Assembly (NCBI GenBank): GCA_977016875.1
Contig: CDRNST010000104.1
Location: 1,178,001-1,242,000 of the forward strand
DNA from: Pavona decussata
Taxonomy: Eukaryota
Direction: 5' to 3'
DNA length: 64,000 nucleotides
The notes beneath the pieces were generated by a model, which was not told where the DNA came from, ran no database searches, and saw only the letters and a list, made by a program, of their open reading frames with translations. How positions within the stretch are numbered: position 1 is the first letter of the stretch; the number at the start of each line of letters is the position of its first letter. A program made the position numbers and the translations under genes. Shown one piece after another: positions 1 to 12,900 of the stretch.

Positions 1-902
1 ATGAACTATGACTTCATTGTGGTCTTGTCGTACAGAATGCCGCGGCAAATCTCTCTGGTTACTGAATCGGGGATTTTGAGCCAGTAGAATTGTGGCTGAT
101 TTGTTTTTGCCTTTTTGTGCCGAGAGTTACAAATATTGTTCAAGTACAGTAAAAAGTGACTATTCGAGAATTTTCCTTTGATTCTCATTCCGGAGTTCTA
201 GACCAATATCAACCAGTACTGAAAAATGGCCAAAAGGCAAGCAAAAGCACTAGTAAGTTAAAATACAACAACCTTAAATTCAGATCACTTTCTTCACTTT
301 GCTAGCCACACCGGCACCTAACTTCTTCGGTCATCTCTATCTACATTTCACCGATGCATTCCTAAAAATTATGTCATTTGTCATTGCGAACCATCACTAT
401 GCTATGATTGTTGCTATGCAGTTGAGTATATTTTCCTTTTCTGTGGTTTATGGTAATTCTCATTGGCTGATTGTAAGCGGCCTAATGTGAATATAAATTT
501 TCTTAAGTTCAGCTTAACGCCCATCAAAAGCACAAACGCTGAAAAAAGGATTCTGTTTTTTTTTCCGGCTCCCATCTAAAAATGCTTTGCGTAGTGAATT
601 TAACTTTTAGTTAAGTCAGTCGGTGTTAATTCAAATTCAAAGATATCTGTTAGCCCGGATTAGCTTAATCATGTTTGGAACACCTGAGCCGTGAGCTATT
701 AACTGAATCAGAGTGGTATAAATCATGATCAGTGTCGTAAATATCTTCAGAAAGTATTTACACTTGAAAAAGACATCTCTCTTGACACGCAGTATCTGCT
801 TTGCAGCGAGCTGTTAACACATTAGACACAAATTTAACCCGGGGAATTTAAACTAAATTGCTGCTAATCTTTTCGTACAACTCACGTGATCAACAGTTGG
901 TG

Positions 903-1028
903 TGCAAAGGTTAAAGAGAGTGTGTCATCTGTTTTTAGTAACACTTCAGTTAAAGTCCAAACCAATTTGCAAAGGTTAGAGACTTTGTCATCTGTTTTTA
1001 GTAACACTTCAAAATCCAAAGTCAATTT
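903..1028. repeat. Two-copy ~65 bp imperfect tandem duplication
   Basis: tgcaaaggtta...tgtcatctgtttttagtaacacttca occurs at ~903 and ~968. Confidence 0.7.
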
Positions 1029-1343
1029 CCCATTAATGGCAGTCTAGAAAGTATGGGCACATTCTCTTAAAAGGGGCTATATTAGTGCACGGAAACTATT
1101 CATTAATGTTTTCGGCTACGCGTGGCCATGACGCAAATGGTTACCAACTTGATAAAGTCAGGCAGACGTTTTCAAGTTCTTCCCTTGTGTGTTGGATAAA
1201 ATTGGCACCCAGGTTATCATGTCTCATTCTTTAAAAATTCACTTGATTTCACCTCATTAGTGATCAAGACGCGATATCGTGTATGAGTAAGGTATTTGAA
1301 TATAAATTTGGCAAATTTTTGACTAAATCTTTAAGACCCTTAT

Positions 1344-1490
1344 GGCCGGGACACGTGCGTCCACACCAGACACTGCTCCATTGTTCTACATCGAAAATGT
1401 TACACAACAATTTCTGCCGTGGACACACGGTGTATTTCACACAACGTTGTGTGTAAGATTGCATGAAATGTTGCCCCGTGTGTCCCGGCT
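1344..1490. mobile_element. Small MITE, PIF/Harbinger-like termini
   Basis: Imperfect TIRs ggccgggacac / gtgtcccggct. Confidence 0.45.
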
Positions 1491-1724
1491 TTTAGAATAC
1501 CATAAAAGCTCTATAAAGCCCCTGGTGGGCTTCAATATTTTTAGGCCTCAAGATTGGGGGCTGGGGTGAGCAAGGGGAAACTTTTAAAATAGCGAGGGGG
1601 TGAGGGGGGTGTTTTTATATCAAATCATGAGTTTTAAACAAAACTTCACTTTTCCGAACTTTTTCCACCACGAGTGACCGAAACATTGCACTAATTGTTA
1701 GTTTATCACAAATGAAACCACGAT

Positions 1725-2335
1725 AAAATTCTGAAAGAAGAACCTCCCACACAAACCATCCCTTCGCCAGAAGAATTCGTGAGTATATTCTTCAAGTGAT
1801 CCACCCAACACAGCCTTTGATTTCGCTTGCCTTCCTTACATCAGTGGTCTCGCCGAACTGCTTACAAGACTACTTCGTAACAACGGTATTCGAATAATCA
1901 CAACCTCACACAGCTCTACAACAAGAATTTCCTTCACCGAAATTCAGGCCACCAGGTCACCTTCAAACTAATGAAGTTTACAAGATCCCTTGTTAACTAA
2001 AGACTGCTCTTGGAGTTTACATCGGAGAAACCGGTAGATGCCTTCAAACTCGGATAAAAAGAACACATTAAAAATAATGCGTTGACTAACAATCAATCTA
2101 TTGACTTTGAAAACGCAACTATGATTGATAAAGGTGACCACCGAGAGCTAAAAACTCTTGAGTCATGGCATACTGCCATGAACTAATGAGGCAGATAACA
2201 ATTTTATGTCGTTACCTTGACAATACTCGATTCTTTTTTAAAATAGCTGCTCGCACTTACTTACCCACTTACTTACTGTAGCCTGGCCTGAAAGCTCAAT
2301 TGTTTAAGAATGTTTTAACCAGAGATCGTTGTTTA
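1725..2335 (+). mobile_element. Degenerate 3' fragment of a Penelope-like element (linker, GIY-YIG, 3' UTR)
   Basis: Aligns by eye to 63230-63960 (ccagaagaatt, tgccttccttacatcagtgg, caagaatttccttcaccgaaattcag, tacatcggagaaaccggtagatg, ttttaaccagaga), with many frameshifts and stops. Confidence 0.85.
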
Positions 2336-2750
2336 TTTATAATCCTGATTAATCGTCCATTTTTACACAAATAACTGAAATGCTATATGTTCACCTTTTA
2401 ATGAGCAAGCTGCACAGCGTTCTTTGCCCTTGGGAGAACAATTTCTATTTATCGTTGCTTTCTCTTAATAATCATTTTGTGGTTTACTAAAACAGTAAGC
2501 GGAATACTCAGTCTGAGTTTGAGACTAGTGCATAGTCAACTCTGTTGTGTCTCGTGGAGGATTTGCTCATTGGTGCAGAAAGAAAAGAGCTGAAATGGAC
2601 GCCTAAATGAGTAAAGTTGCATCATGTTTATACAGAAGATGTGTCCCATCCGGACCTCCTAAATAGTATAAACGTTTCCACGTAAAATCGGAAGAAAACC
2701 TGGTCCACCATCCGTAAATGATACGGCATCCTCGATCCCACAGCTCCTCC

Positions 2751-2797
2751 CAACCTCGTTCTCAGGGTGAAGAGGAGAGACCCTGGGAACGAGGTTG
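2751..2797. mobile_element. 47-bp palindromic MITE with 9-bp TSD
   Basis: caacctcgttctcagggt / accctgggaacgaggttg; flanks agctcctcc / agctcctct. Confidence 0.7.
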
Positions 2798-3249
2798 AGC
2801 TCCTCTCCTTTGTGCATTCGTGACTGGCGCAGCCTCTAAGGTTGAGAATGCCAAATTGCTACTAAGTGATTAAATCCCGGCTTTTCTTTGCTTAGACTTT
2901 AGGTAGAAACAGAGCGCACTAAATCCAAATACGAACTTGACAAAAAAGAAAGAGCGAGAGAGCAAAAAAGAAAAAAATGATGGCCGCGTAGGAAAATCAA
3001 AATTTGGCTTTCTGACCATACCTGGACAAAAACATTTAAAAATATAATGGCAGTGAACAGTATATGTACTTTCTCCTCAAACATGAACGGCAAAACATAG
3101 TATTTGTACTAAAGACAATGTTTTTGGCAGTAAGGCTGCAAGCTGTGGAAACGACGCTCAGGACTCAAATCAAATCAATCGTGGTTATTCGTACAAGTTT
3201 TAAAAGACTTACAGTTCCTGACTTAAAAGACTGAATCGATTTGCTGATT

Positions 3250-3540
3250 ACGTTTTATCTACATGGGAGAGAAAATTCTGCCGTGTCACCCCGTTGTTTT
3301 AAAAATCGTTGCACTGGCTTCCTGTGAAATATCGTATTGATTTCAAGGTTTTAATATTGACTTTTAAAGCAATTCATGGAGTGGCTCTACCTTGCATTCG
3401 TGAGGTTATTTCGATTAGGGGCACTGGTAGATACAACCTTCGATCTAATAACAGTTTTAAAAATCTTAACTATTTAATATGCAAGTCTCTAGCTACACTT
3501 GGCGATGGGTCCTTCCATATGACGGACTCTAAGCTTTGCT
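3250..3540 (+). mobile_element. LINE (L2/CR1-group) ORF2 C-terminal remnant
   Basis: ORF 3309 reads LHWLPVKYRIDFKVLILTFKAIHG...YNLRS, the typical post-RT segment of L2/CR1 LINEs. Confidence 0.75.
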
Positions 3541-3666
3541 TTTTACTATCTAAATGCATTAAAATTACCGCTATTTTCTCAAGTTATGGAGTGTTTCTTA
3601 AATTGTACTTGTACCAAGCCTTCCATCATCTTAATTTGGGTTTTCAAATAAAAATAGGGCGGGGGT

Positions 3667-4671
3667 TTATTGCCCTTGTATTCCAACTGTATTACGGCAA
3701 CCAAACATTCTTTTGATTGAAACCCTGATGTCCCTTGTGCGCCAGCAATAAATTACTGGGTTCAGTATGGCTTGCGTCAGGACGATCGTGTTGGAGGCGA
3801 ACCACAGCAATGTCACAAGGCGTTCGCGCAAACCGTAAAACTTACGGGCAATGAATGTTGCTATGAGAGGCAGATTACATAACATGAGCAGAACGATGAC
3901 TAAAAGCGTTGTCTTGGCTGCCTTGGACATGCTAGAGTTTCGTGATATTGATTGCTCTTCCAATATTGATTGTCCTGGTACAGTGGCTTGAATTCGGTTC
4001 GAATGTCGACGAGCTTCTATCCACAGACGAATATTTATTACCAGTATAAAGAAAGCACTGAAAATGACAAATGCCATGCGCGAGTAGCCAATAAGGCCAC
4101 CTCCGTGCTCACGTCGGGTAAAGACTGTTAGCAACGTCCATGAAATCCAAAAGACGACCGAAAATATCACAACTGCCTTCTTGGTTAAGAAACGCTGATG
4201 TTTGAAGGGGTAGAAGATAGCAATGAAGCGCTCCACACTGATTAAACAAACATGTAGCATAGAGGATGACGAGAAAGTGAACAGAAATATAACATACAGG
4301 TCTTTGAGCGAACAAGCTGCCCTTGAATTAGCAGCAACTAAACCCGTCTCTGCAGCAAACAAGGGCTGAGTAACGAGACCGACTAAAAGGTCACAAAACG
4401 ACAAACAGAGCAAGAGCAAGTTTGATGGTGTTCTCAGCAACTCATATCGATAAAAAGCTGCGAAAACAACACAGTTTCCAAGGATAGCTATCACCGCAAG
4501 GAAAGCGTTTAGAGATGAGAGGAAAGCGCACAAAGCCCGAAAATCCGCCAACCCCATGTCGTTGGCCATTTGCACTTGTTTTAGTAGTGGACAAAGCTTG
4601 TTTCCTGAAAAACTCCGTGTGGAATTTGTCAAATTAGTCTCTGAAACAGTTGTATTGTTGCTGAATGGCAT
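3667..4671 (-). CDS. Intronless rhodopsin-class (class A) orphan GPCR, 334 aa
   Basis: Seven hydrophobic helices; GN in TM1, LSFCDLLVG in TM2, SVERF (DRY variant), CNLP (CWxP variant), NPVIY; N-terminal N-glycosylation sequons. Confidence 0.93.
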   Translation of the reverse strand: MPFSNNTTVSETNLTNSTRSFSGNKLCPLLKQVQMANDMGLADFRALCAFLSSLNAFLAVIAILGNCVVFAAFYRYELLRTPSNLLLLCLSFCDLLVGLVTQPLFAAETGLVAANSRAACSLKDLYVIFLFTFSSSSMLHVCLISVERFIAIFYPFKHQRFLTKKAVVIFSVVFWISWTLLTVFTRREHGGGLIGYSRMAFVIFSAFFILVINIRLWIEARRHSNRIQATVPGQSILEEQSISRNSSMSKAAKTTLLVIVLLMLCNLPLIATFIARKFYGLRERLVTLLWFASNTIVLTQAILNPVIYCWRTRDIRVSIKRMFGCRNTVGIQGQ

Positions 4672-7185
4672 TTTTTCTTGTACTTTCTGTCCACAAATTA
4701 CACTTTACAGGACTGTACTTCTCTAGCCCTCGTAAAGTAATTGTGAAACTGTCGCTCTCTTCAATGAGCCTTTATTTCCAATGGTCTCGGTAACTCCGCC
4801 CAACTCTCCTTTGGTCTGTGTTCGACTGAAAACTGTACCAGCAACAGTAAATAAAGACAGCTGGAGAGTTCTCAGCAAGTTCCAGTTGTTAAAATGCTAA
4901 TTCATTTTTTTTTTTAAGCCAAATACGGACTGCGGATATGAAATGAATAATTGCGAGTGACAGCTTCTTCCGATTGAGTCTCGACAGATGTGATGAACGG
5001 GTTCACTAAGGGGTAATTGAGAAAAAGAAGAAAACAAAACAATGGTGGCATTTAGAGCTCTTTTAAAACAGCTTACTTACTTACTTTGTGCTTAACTACT
5101 GAGCAGTTATAGAACCATTCGATTGATGTCTGCGAGTAGGCAAATACTATATTTTCGCCTTATTTCCTGCTGTTATCTCGAGCAGACTAATTTTAATTTT
5201 TTTTTTAATGAAACTTTGAGCTAACAGGGGCACTAGGCCCAAGGGTTCATTATGGCGAATATCTGTTTGGAAGGCGTTAATCGCCGCAGAATTCGGCAGA
5301 TTTAGCTGTGAAGAAAATCTAAAGATTTCTTCGGCAAAATGGCAGCTCAAAATTGGCGGAGTAAAACCGGAAAACTGATTCCTTTAGTTTTTGGACGGGC
5401 AAATATCTTGCCGGATAACTTTACTAAGTAAGGTCAGCTACTTCCATAAAGCCGACATCAGCTCGTTAATTTGCGAAATGACATTCCACTTCCTTAAACT
5501 TTTTGCGACTTTTCAACTTAAGCATCCGAATAGATCAAAGGCCATTAAGCTGTATTAGCATACGCAAATTTGTCTTTAAAAGAAAAGACGGGATCTGCGA
5601 ACACAGGAGACAACATTTTATTGAGACGTTTTGCGTTGTTAAGCCGTAAGTACGAAGGCTGGCCCTTGCTGTTATGAACTGAAGAAAACCCTTTAAAAAC
5701 AACAACAACAACAACTGTGAGGGTCTTTTATCTATTTGATCTTTCATCTACAGTTCACATATTTGATTACAAACATTGTTACGAAAATAATAATACAACA
5801 TTCAGGCAAAACAGGAAAAATCTAAGAACCACGACAGCTAAAAATAACCACAGCCGGGCCTATGATTACGATTAAAACAAAGTTAACGAGTAAAGATGGA
5901 ACAGATAACATGATTTTTCTTTTATTTTGACCCTGATGAAGTTTTCTTCACGAGCTAAAAATCACAATCATGACGTCTGAGTTAACATGGTTAAAAAAAA
6001 TGAAAAACAACCAGACTGAGAGGCGTATGGAAATTCAAAGTGGTGTTTTGTCTTTGTTAATCTAAGGAGTGATATAAATACACTTATATCTTTACTCATT
6101 TCACCTGTTGTCGACCAACATGATCTTCTACAGGCATGAAGACTGCGATAGAGAAGTCCGAACATGAGGCTTTCTAGAAAAAAAAAACGCTTTTATTTTT
6201 ATTGTACTCTCCTGGCCGCGGCATTTGATGGCGTTAAAGGTGATGTTTTCGCAAACGCTGCGAAAGGTATAAATCTGGCTTAATGTTTTTGTCTGATCGA
6301 GCCGGGATTTATCTAAGTGTTATCAAGTTGCGCCGCAAAACATTAACCAAAATTAATGAGCTGTTTCAACATGAGTGTTTTAGAGGTAAGACTTTGTCAG
6401 GAACAAAAGTAGCGATTTGTAGGAAATCAAGTCAAGTTACCTTTGAAGTTGAGACGTTCCTTGAAAATATATCAGTAGGTACCGCACTTGAAAACGAAGC
6501 GAAATATCACTCATAAAGTGAATCTTGAGTTAGATCAAGAATCTTGACTGATGCTGACTTCAGTTGGAAAAGACGAAACTTTTCTGTCTTTAAAAACTAC
6601 TCAAGCCCTTTTAACAAACCTTTCTCTTGTCCTTTTTCTAAACGAAGATTTTCTCCTTAAGTCTTTTTAAACTATTTTTCGTTTTGGCTTTTTGGTAGCT
6701 TAATGAAAACTGATCAAGAGATTTAGAAATACAAACTGTTCAATTTCCTTCAGCTTAATCTATTAGTCTCATACAAGAAATTACATTTTAATATTAGACA
6801 GTACGTTCTCTTCCCTCGTAGAAGTAACCTGGCTTTTATAATAGAATTATTGACGGTTTGTTTACTGGAATGAAACGGGCATCCAACGGTTTGTTTCGAT
6901 GGAAACACATTACCTCCACAGAAACTGGGACAAAATCGTGAAGAAAAACAAGCGTTTTCTATAACGAAATTTCATTTCAAACTTTCAAAGCGATGAAAAA
7001 CTAAACTCTTTGTTTAAGGAGGGACAAGTACCGTCGTTACAAGGGCGAAAAATTACCAGCTTGCATTTTCTAAAAGCCAACGGCAGCTCCTGTAAATTCA
7101 GGAAAAAGTTTCCTTTCCAACATTCTCTACAATTTTCAAAATTTTCAGCCAAAGAACCCAAACAGATCAAGCTGTGTTACTTTTA

Positions 7186-7666
7186 GCCCTTCATCCCTAA
7201 GAGTGCCAATTAGCACATGATGCCATAACTCTTTCAATATTTGACAGATTTCTATAAATTTTTAAGTGACACCAAGATGGTCTTGTAGATCTACTCATTA
7301 AAAGGATAAAAACTTAACCCCCTCCCATATGTGATATGGTTGACCACCCCATAACTTTTCAACTTTTTTCCCCCTAGAAGTTGTGGGTCTTTAGACAGCT
7401 CTCACATTAATGAAGATGTTGAGAACTGCAAAATAAGCTATAGTGTAGGGGTATACCTAATATATACAAGGATTGGGACGTTTTTGAACTTTTAAATGTT
7501 TATATTTTAAGGCCATTTATCTCAGAGCCATAACTTTTCTCATTCATAATTATATCAGTTATGAAATATACTCATGAGTAGCTTTAAAATGGTATATCAT
7601 ACATGGAAATTGAGTTTGTAGTCTTGGATCTGGAGAAAATGTAGTTTTGCCTTAGGGGTTAAAGGG
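7186..7666. mobile_element. piggyBac-like MITE (degenerate)
   Basis: Ends cccttcatccctaag / cttaggggttaaaggg with TTAA-like flanks. Confidence 0.45.
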
Positions 7667-8189
7667 TTGAAAGGGTTGAAAGGCGATAAATTGATGGAAA
7701 TGCAGGAAACAACGTTTAATTATTTTGCTTTAATGTTCTCGCTGTGTGCCCCTTGATCAGATGAATTGAACGAAATCGCTCCGCAAGTAACCAAACCTTT
7801 ATTGCATTTTCAAGAAAAATAAATAAAAGTAATTGAATGATAAACAAGTGCTGTTGTCTTTTCAGAACAATTCATGTTCATTTTTCAGTCCCATTCTGAT
7901 GCTATATGCTTCTCTAAAAGGAGATCTCGAGCAAATTTTGTAGTGTTTCTTGGAAACACGGTAATGCGCGGTGAAAACTGATAGACTACAACTTGAGTTT
8001 TTGCTGTAAGACCAAAAATAAATTCACTGATTTCAGTCCCGCTTTACTAGCTACCTGTGGTGTCACCAGGAGAAATGAACGGAAATGAAAGCCCCCAAGG
8101 CTCTGCAATAATAAAATATCAACAGCGCATACGTAGAGTGGGAAATTTTAATGTGTTAGGTGTACCTAATACGATCTAGTTGTGACCTG

Positions 8190-8950
8190 CTGATCTTCTA
8201 TTCTGGGATCGCTAACACTTAACAGAGGATCTACGGGAGATTGCTGCCTGGTGTTGTCGAAACAGCCTACTCATTAACCGGGACAAAACAAAGCTGCTGG
8301 TGTTGGGAACACCACAGATGCTTTCAAGGATGCCTCAAGACTTCAGCGTCACCTTGCTTGGAAAGACTATAAGACCATCAAAGTCAGCAAAGAGCCTGAG
8401 AATTACCTTGGATGTGAGTTTGACATTTAATGAGTATTGTACAGGAAGTCTTTGCCACTGAAATCAATCGTGTGAAGCATCTGCTTGATAATTCCACACT
8501 AGTGTCAGTATTGAATGAACTCATATTTAGCAAGCTTTTCTGTTCTTCCTCTGTTTGGTCAAACATCATAAAGAGAAACATTGCGCGCGTCCAATCAGTG
8601 CAGAATTTCGCAGCTCGCATTGCAACTGGAGTAAAGAAATACGATCATACCACGCCATCTTTAAAGCAGCTTCATTGGTTGCCAGTCGCACGGTTATTAG
8701 AAATTAGCCGAATTGCCCCGCCCTATCTCATTTAGATTAGAAAAAGGAACGTTGTGCACTGACTCCCATGATACCAGAAACAACAACAAGTTAGACATTC
8801 CTCTTTTTAGATCTGCTGCCGGCCAGCGGTTATTTTATCTTGAGCAGTCCGCCTCTGGAATGACCTTCCAGAATCTCTAGCCAGAATAGAGAGCCTCCCA
8901 CGTTTTTAAGCTGAAGTGAAAAAGCATTTTTATAGAAGCGTTTCTAAATT
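8190..8950 (+). mobile_element. LINE (L2/CR1-group) RT/C-terminal remnant
   Basis: Frameshifted DLREIAAWCCRNSLLINRDKTKLL, VQSVQNFAARIATGVKKYDHTTPSLKQLHWLPV, LWNDLP. Confidence 0.85.
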
Positions 8951-9089
8951 AGGGGTCATATTATGTGTTTAGTCCTTATGAAGTTCGTTCTCTTTTATAG
9001 TAAATTGATTATTGTTATGTTCTTATCAGTTCACATTTGTAAAGTTGGCTGAAAAGCCATTTTATTAATGGAGGTAATAAATGAATTTA

Positions 9090-9674
9090 CGTAGAACCCC
9101 GGTAACTCAAACTCGGATAACTCGAACTCCCCCGTTAACTCGAACTGAGTCTCAATTCCCTTGGATTTGACCCAACTTTTCAGTCATTTTTACTCGGTAA
9201 ACTCGAACTCGGATAACTCGAAAACCCCGCTAACTCGAACTAAATTTCGTTTCCCTTGATCAAAATTTACCCCGATAACTCGAATTTCTGGTTCTAATCA
9301 CTCGCCACGTACGGATGCCCATTGAGATATCCCATTAGTTTTTATTATCGTGTGATCGAATTCTAACACTAGAACAAAGACTGGACGACGCAAAAGGGAA
9401 CATAAATTGAGTGTATTAAATAAACTAAGGTACATTCACAGTATTGCATTGTCGTAAGATTGCATAATCGTTACAGTTGTTACAAAACGTATTAGTTTCT
9501 CGTGAAATAAGATTAATTTGCACTGTATTGTATACCGAAGTGCTGAAAATCAATAAACTATTAATTATTAACCTGGAAAATTAAATATTTTAATCGACCC
9601 CGATAACTCGAAACCTCGCTAACTCGAACAGTTTTTCGTTTCCCTTCAGAGTTCGAGTTACCGGGGTTCTACTG
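9090..9674. mobile_element. Tc1/mariner (pogo-type) MITE
   Basis: TIRs (c)gtagaaccccggtaactc / gagttaccggggttctactg, TA flanks, internal taactcgaa repeats. Confidence 0.8.
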
Positions 9675-9939
9675 TATATTATTTATTTGTCTTCTCGGTT
9701 ATTCAACTTGAGAGCCGTAGAAAATTAAAATATGTACCGCTCAAAAGGTATGTGTCTGAAGCCGCTTAAATCTGAACCGTACAATAGAGGAAATTTTTTG
9801 CCATTTGCGTGATCACATGCATACAAGAGATGGCACTGTGGAGAGGATTCTGGGTACGAGACTGTTGATTTTCGTTACATGACGTAATATCCCCTCTTTA
9901 GAATATGGATGCTGTCTTATTGTGGGCTCATTTGTAAAC

Positions 9940-12900
9940 ATGGCGGACGCAAGACAGTCAAAGTTTCGAGTGTTGACGCTGAATTGCTGGTACTGTAGTT
10001 TCTTTAATTCACTTTTCTACTAATCAAAATACTCCCACATTTTCATTGTTACTCCAGCGTCCCTGTTATTTTTGCATATTTTGAATGACTTCAATTGTGG
10101 TAAACAAAAGACGAAAGGGAGCCTTCGTGGTCATGATCTACCAAAACGATCTGCCATTAAAATGGGCACAAGCCCGACTTCATTTTGGCTGGCGATCGGA
10201 AAGCTTACCCATTTTCCTTTTGTGTAGAAAGAACCTTTAGCTGTCTTTTCTATCGAAGCTTATTTTAACTTCCTTCGTTAAAAATGTTTACTGCAAATCG
10301 GGAAACTTTGCATTGGGCCATTCCATTTAATATCTGCCCCCCCCCCCCCCCCCTATTGAGGGACTGGGAAATCTGAGGGGGAGGGAGGGGGTCTCTAAGC
10401 GTTATTTCTGAGGGGGCATTTATGTCGGTATCTTTGAACTCTTTCTTTTTTCCTGAGGGGGAATATGTCGGCACTTTGATCTTAATTTCTGAAGGGGTCT
10501 TATAAAGTTATTTCTGATAGGGGTAGACACAAAAGCCCTCAATAGGGGGGTGCGAATAATAAATGGAATGGCCCATTGACATGTCCAATTTGCTGTTTAT
10601 TTCTCGAAGATTTTTAGAATGTTGTTTTATCTGCATATTCTTAGGGGCATTCCTTATGTGTCCAAGATGTGGGCAGATCGTAAACTCCTCATCGCTGAAG
10701 AGCTGACTAAGGGTCAGTATGACATTGTCTCACTTCAAGAGGTATGATAAAAATTATATAATTTCTAAAATTTTCCAGGTATAAAAACTTTCAATATCCC
10801 ACGGAAATGCATAAAAAGTGAAATTGAAAGTACACACAAATTAGTGGCAAAACCAAGAGACTTGAAGGATACTCTTGTGATATATGTTTAGGTAACCGTT
10901 ATTAACCGTCGAGCCCTAAATCTCTCTGTAATTTTTGCATTTCTATGCTTCAGCAAATCCCTTTTAATTAAAAGGTATTATTGTTATAATTTATTTATTT
11001 TGTCACAAACGTAAGAACTCGAAAACAATTCTGAAATGAACCATGAACCCAGATCTTTTGACACACTAGGTAAGATTATTTTAGCAGTTTGGTCATTTAC
11101 TTCATTTCTGTTATGATAATAAAGAATAATACAGAGAATAATAACTGAGAAGGATGTATTATTCAGTGAATGACACAGGCATACTCAGAAAAAGGAAATC
11201 TGAGTGCTCCTATCAGGAGTCGCACTTAAGACTTTCCGATTACTAGTTCGGATGCTCTACCACTGAGCTACAGGAGACTGGTGGGAGCTAAGACCAGTAA
11301 ACTAGGTTCATGGGACAAACACACAACACACAAGCAACTCAACCTCACCATTAAATGCCGTAAAAAATGGGTTGACCTCGTGCTCCTTATGATGTCACAT
11401 CTCATAACTATATCAACCAATTTATTCTAACCAAACTTTGCCAAACTGTACATATATGTATGTAATGAACAGCTATTGTGAGTGGCAAATACTGCTGAAA
11501 AAAAGATCCTTCGTCTTGTGCAAATTGCAAACATTAGGGCGCAAGAACTTGGAGACAAAAACCGTGAGAGACATCCAGGGCTAGACTGCTTGGCTTCAAG
11601 AGAAGTCTAAATATCATTGAAGAAAAAACTGTGAAGAAAAGCCTTCGTTTTTACATTTTAATGCCATTTTGTCGCACCCTCTTGCCAGTTATCTTTCTTT
11701 CTGTCTCCGAAGATGAAGCTGTGAGATTTCAATAGCATCAAAAGAAATAATTTGGAACTCCAGATTCAAATGAAGTGTTAATTCAAAGTATCTTGATTCT
11801 ATGCACAGATTTGGAGCAGAAGTGATTTTGAATTGATCAGTGAAAAGGTGGAGGATGTTCTTCCATACTCACATTACTTTTACAGGTATGCCAGTGCTAA
11901 TTTCTCCTCTATTTTCCTGCTTGATTGCTGGTAGTTCAAAGTACAACCATCTTACAGTGTTGACATTGTTTTTCAGTGGTGTGATTGGTAGTGGTGTTTG
12001 TGTGTTCTCTCGCTATCCCATAATCGATGCCTTCACTTACCGTTATTCCTTAAATGGCTACATGTATAACATCACTCATGGTGACTGGTTTGGTGGTAAA
12101 GCTGTTGGTTACTGTGTCATTGATCACCCCAAGCAGCCAATTCATTTATTTGCTACTCACGTAAGTTAATGTCCTTCATAATATTCATTATTTCCATTTG
12201 AAACTCAAGAAGTTTGTGGGGCTGATGATTCAAGCTTTAAGGTGTCTTAGGAAATGATGATAAGAGTTACATATGTTTAGGCTGGAGTAGTAAATAGAAA
12301 ATGTGACAAAAAACAGTATTATTAGTAGTATTAGTAAAATAATATTATTATTGGTAAATTTGGAGACCAGACAGATTTCTTAATAAAAAGACATTAATTT
12401 TGAGATTTGCTGTATCATGTTTCAACATATACTATCACTTCCCCACCAAATTAATTCTCCATTGTTTTTTTTTTGTTTTTTTCGCATTAAAATTTATGTT
12501 TTGTATTTCTTGCTTACAAATACAGTTGAACCTGCATGAAGCAGTCACCCTCAGGGAATGGCTAAGTGACCACTTAATACAAGTTGCACAGTACACACAT
12601 CAAACACAATAAAAACAACATTTTATATAACATTTGATACCGTATTTATTCAACTAACTGCCCACCTTTGAATAAGCGCCCATCCTGAAAGCCCAAAAAG
12701 TTAATAAGCGCCCACCCCACCCCCTTCCAACAAAAACATTTCTGTACTAGCCCAGCATGAAGTAAGAGAAGCATCAGTTGTGTTCCAAAATCAGTTTTAA
12801 ATACCGTAGTCAACTTTTATATTGTTTATGGCTTGTTTATGTTAGCTTTTGCACTTTCTTTTGTCTTGTTGAAGCAAAATAAACTTGTTATCCCTTGTTT

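Noticed and set aside
6-188. Minus-strand 60-aa ORF at the window edge
   Set aside because: Not recognisable; cannot be evaluated without flanking sequence.
9090-9674. Regular taactcgaa repeats suggesting a CRISPR-like array
   Set aside because: Subterminal repeats of a TIR element in eukaryotic DNA; no constant repeat-spacer period and no cas genes.
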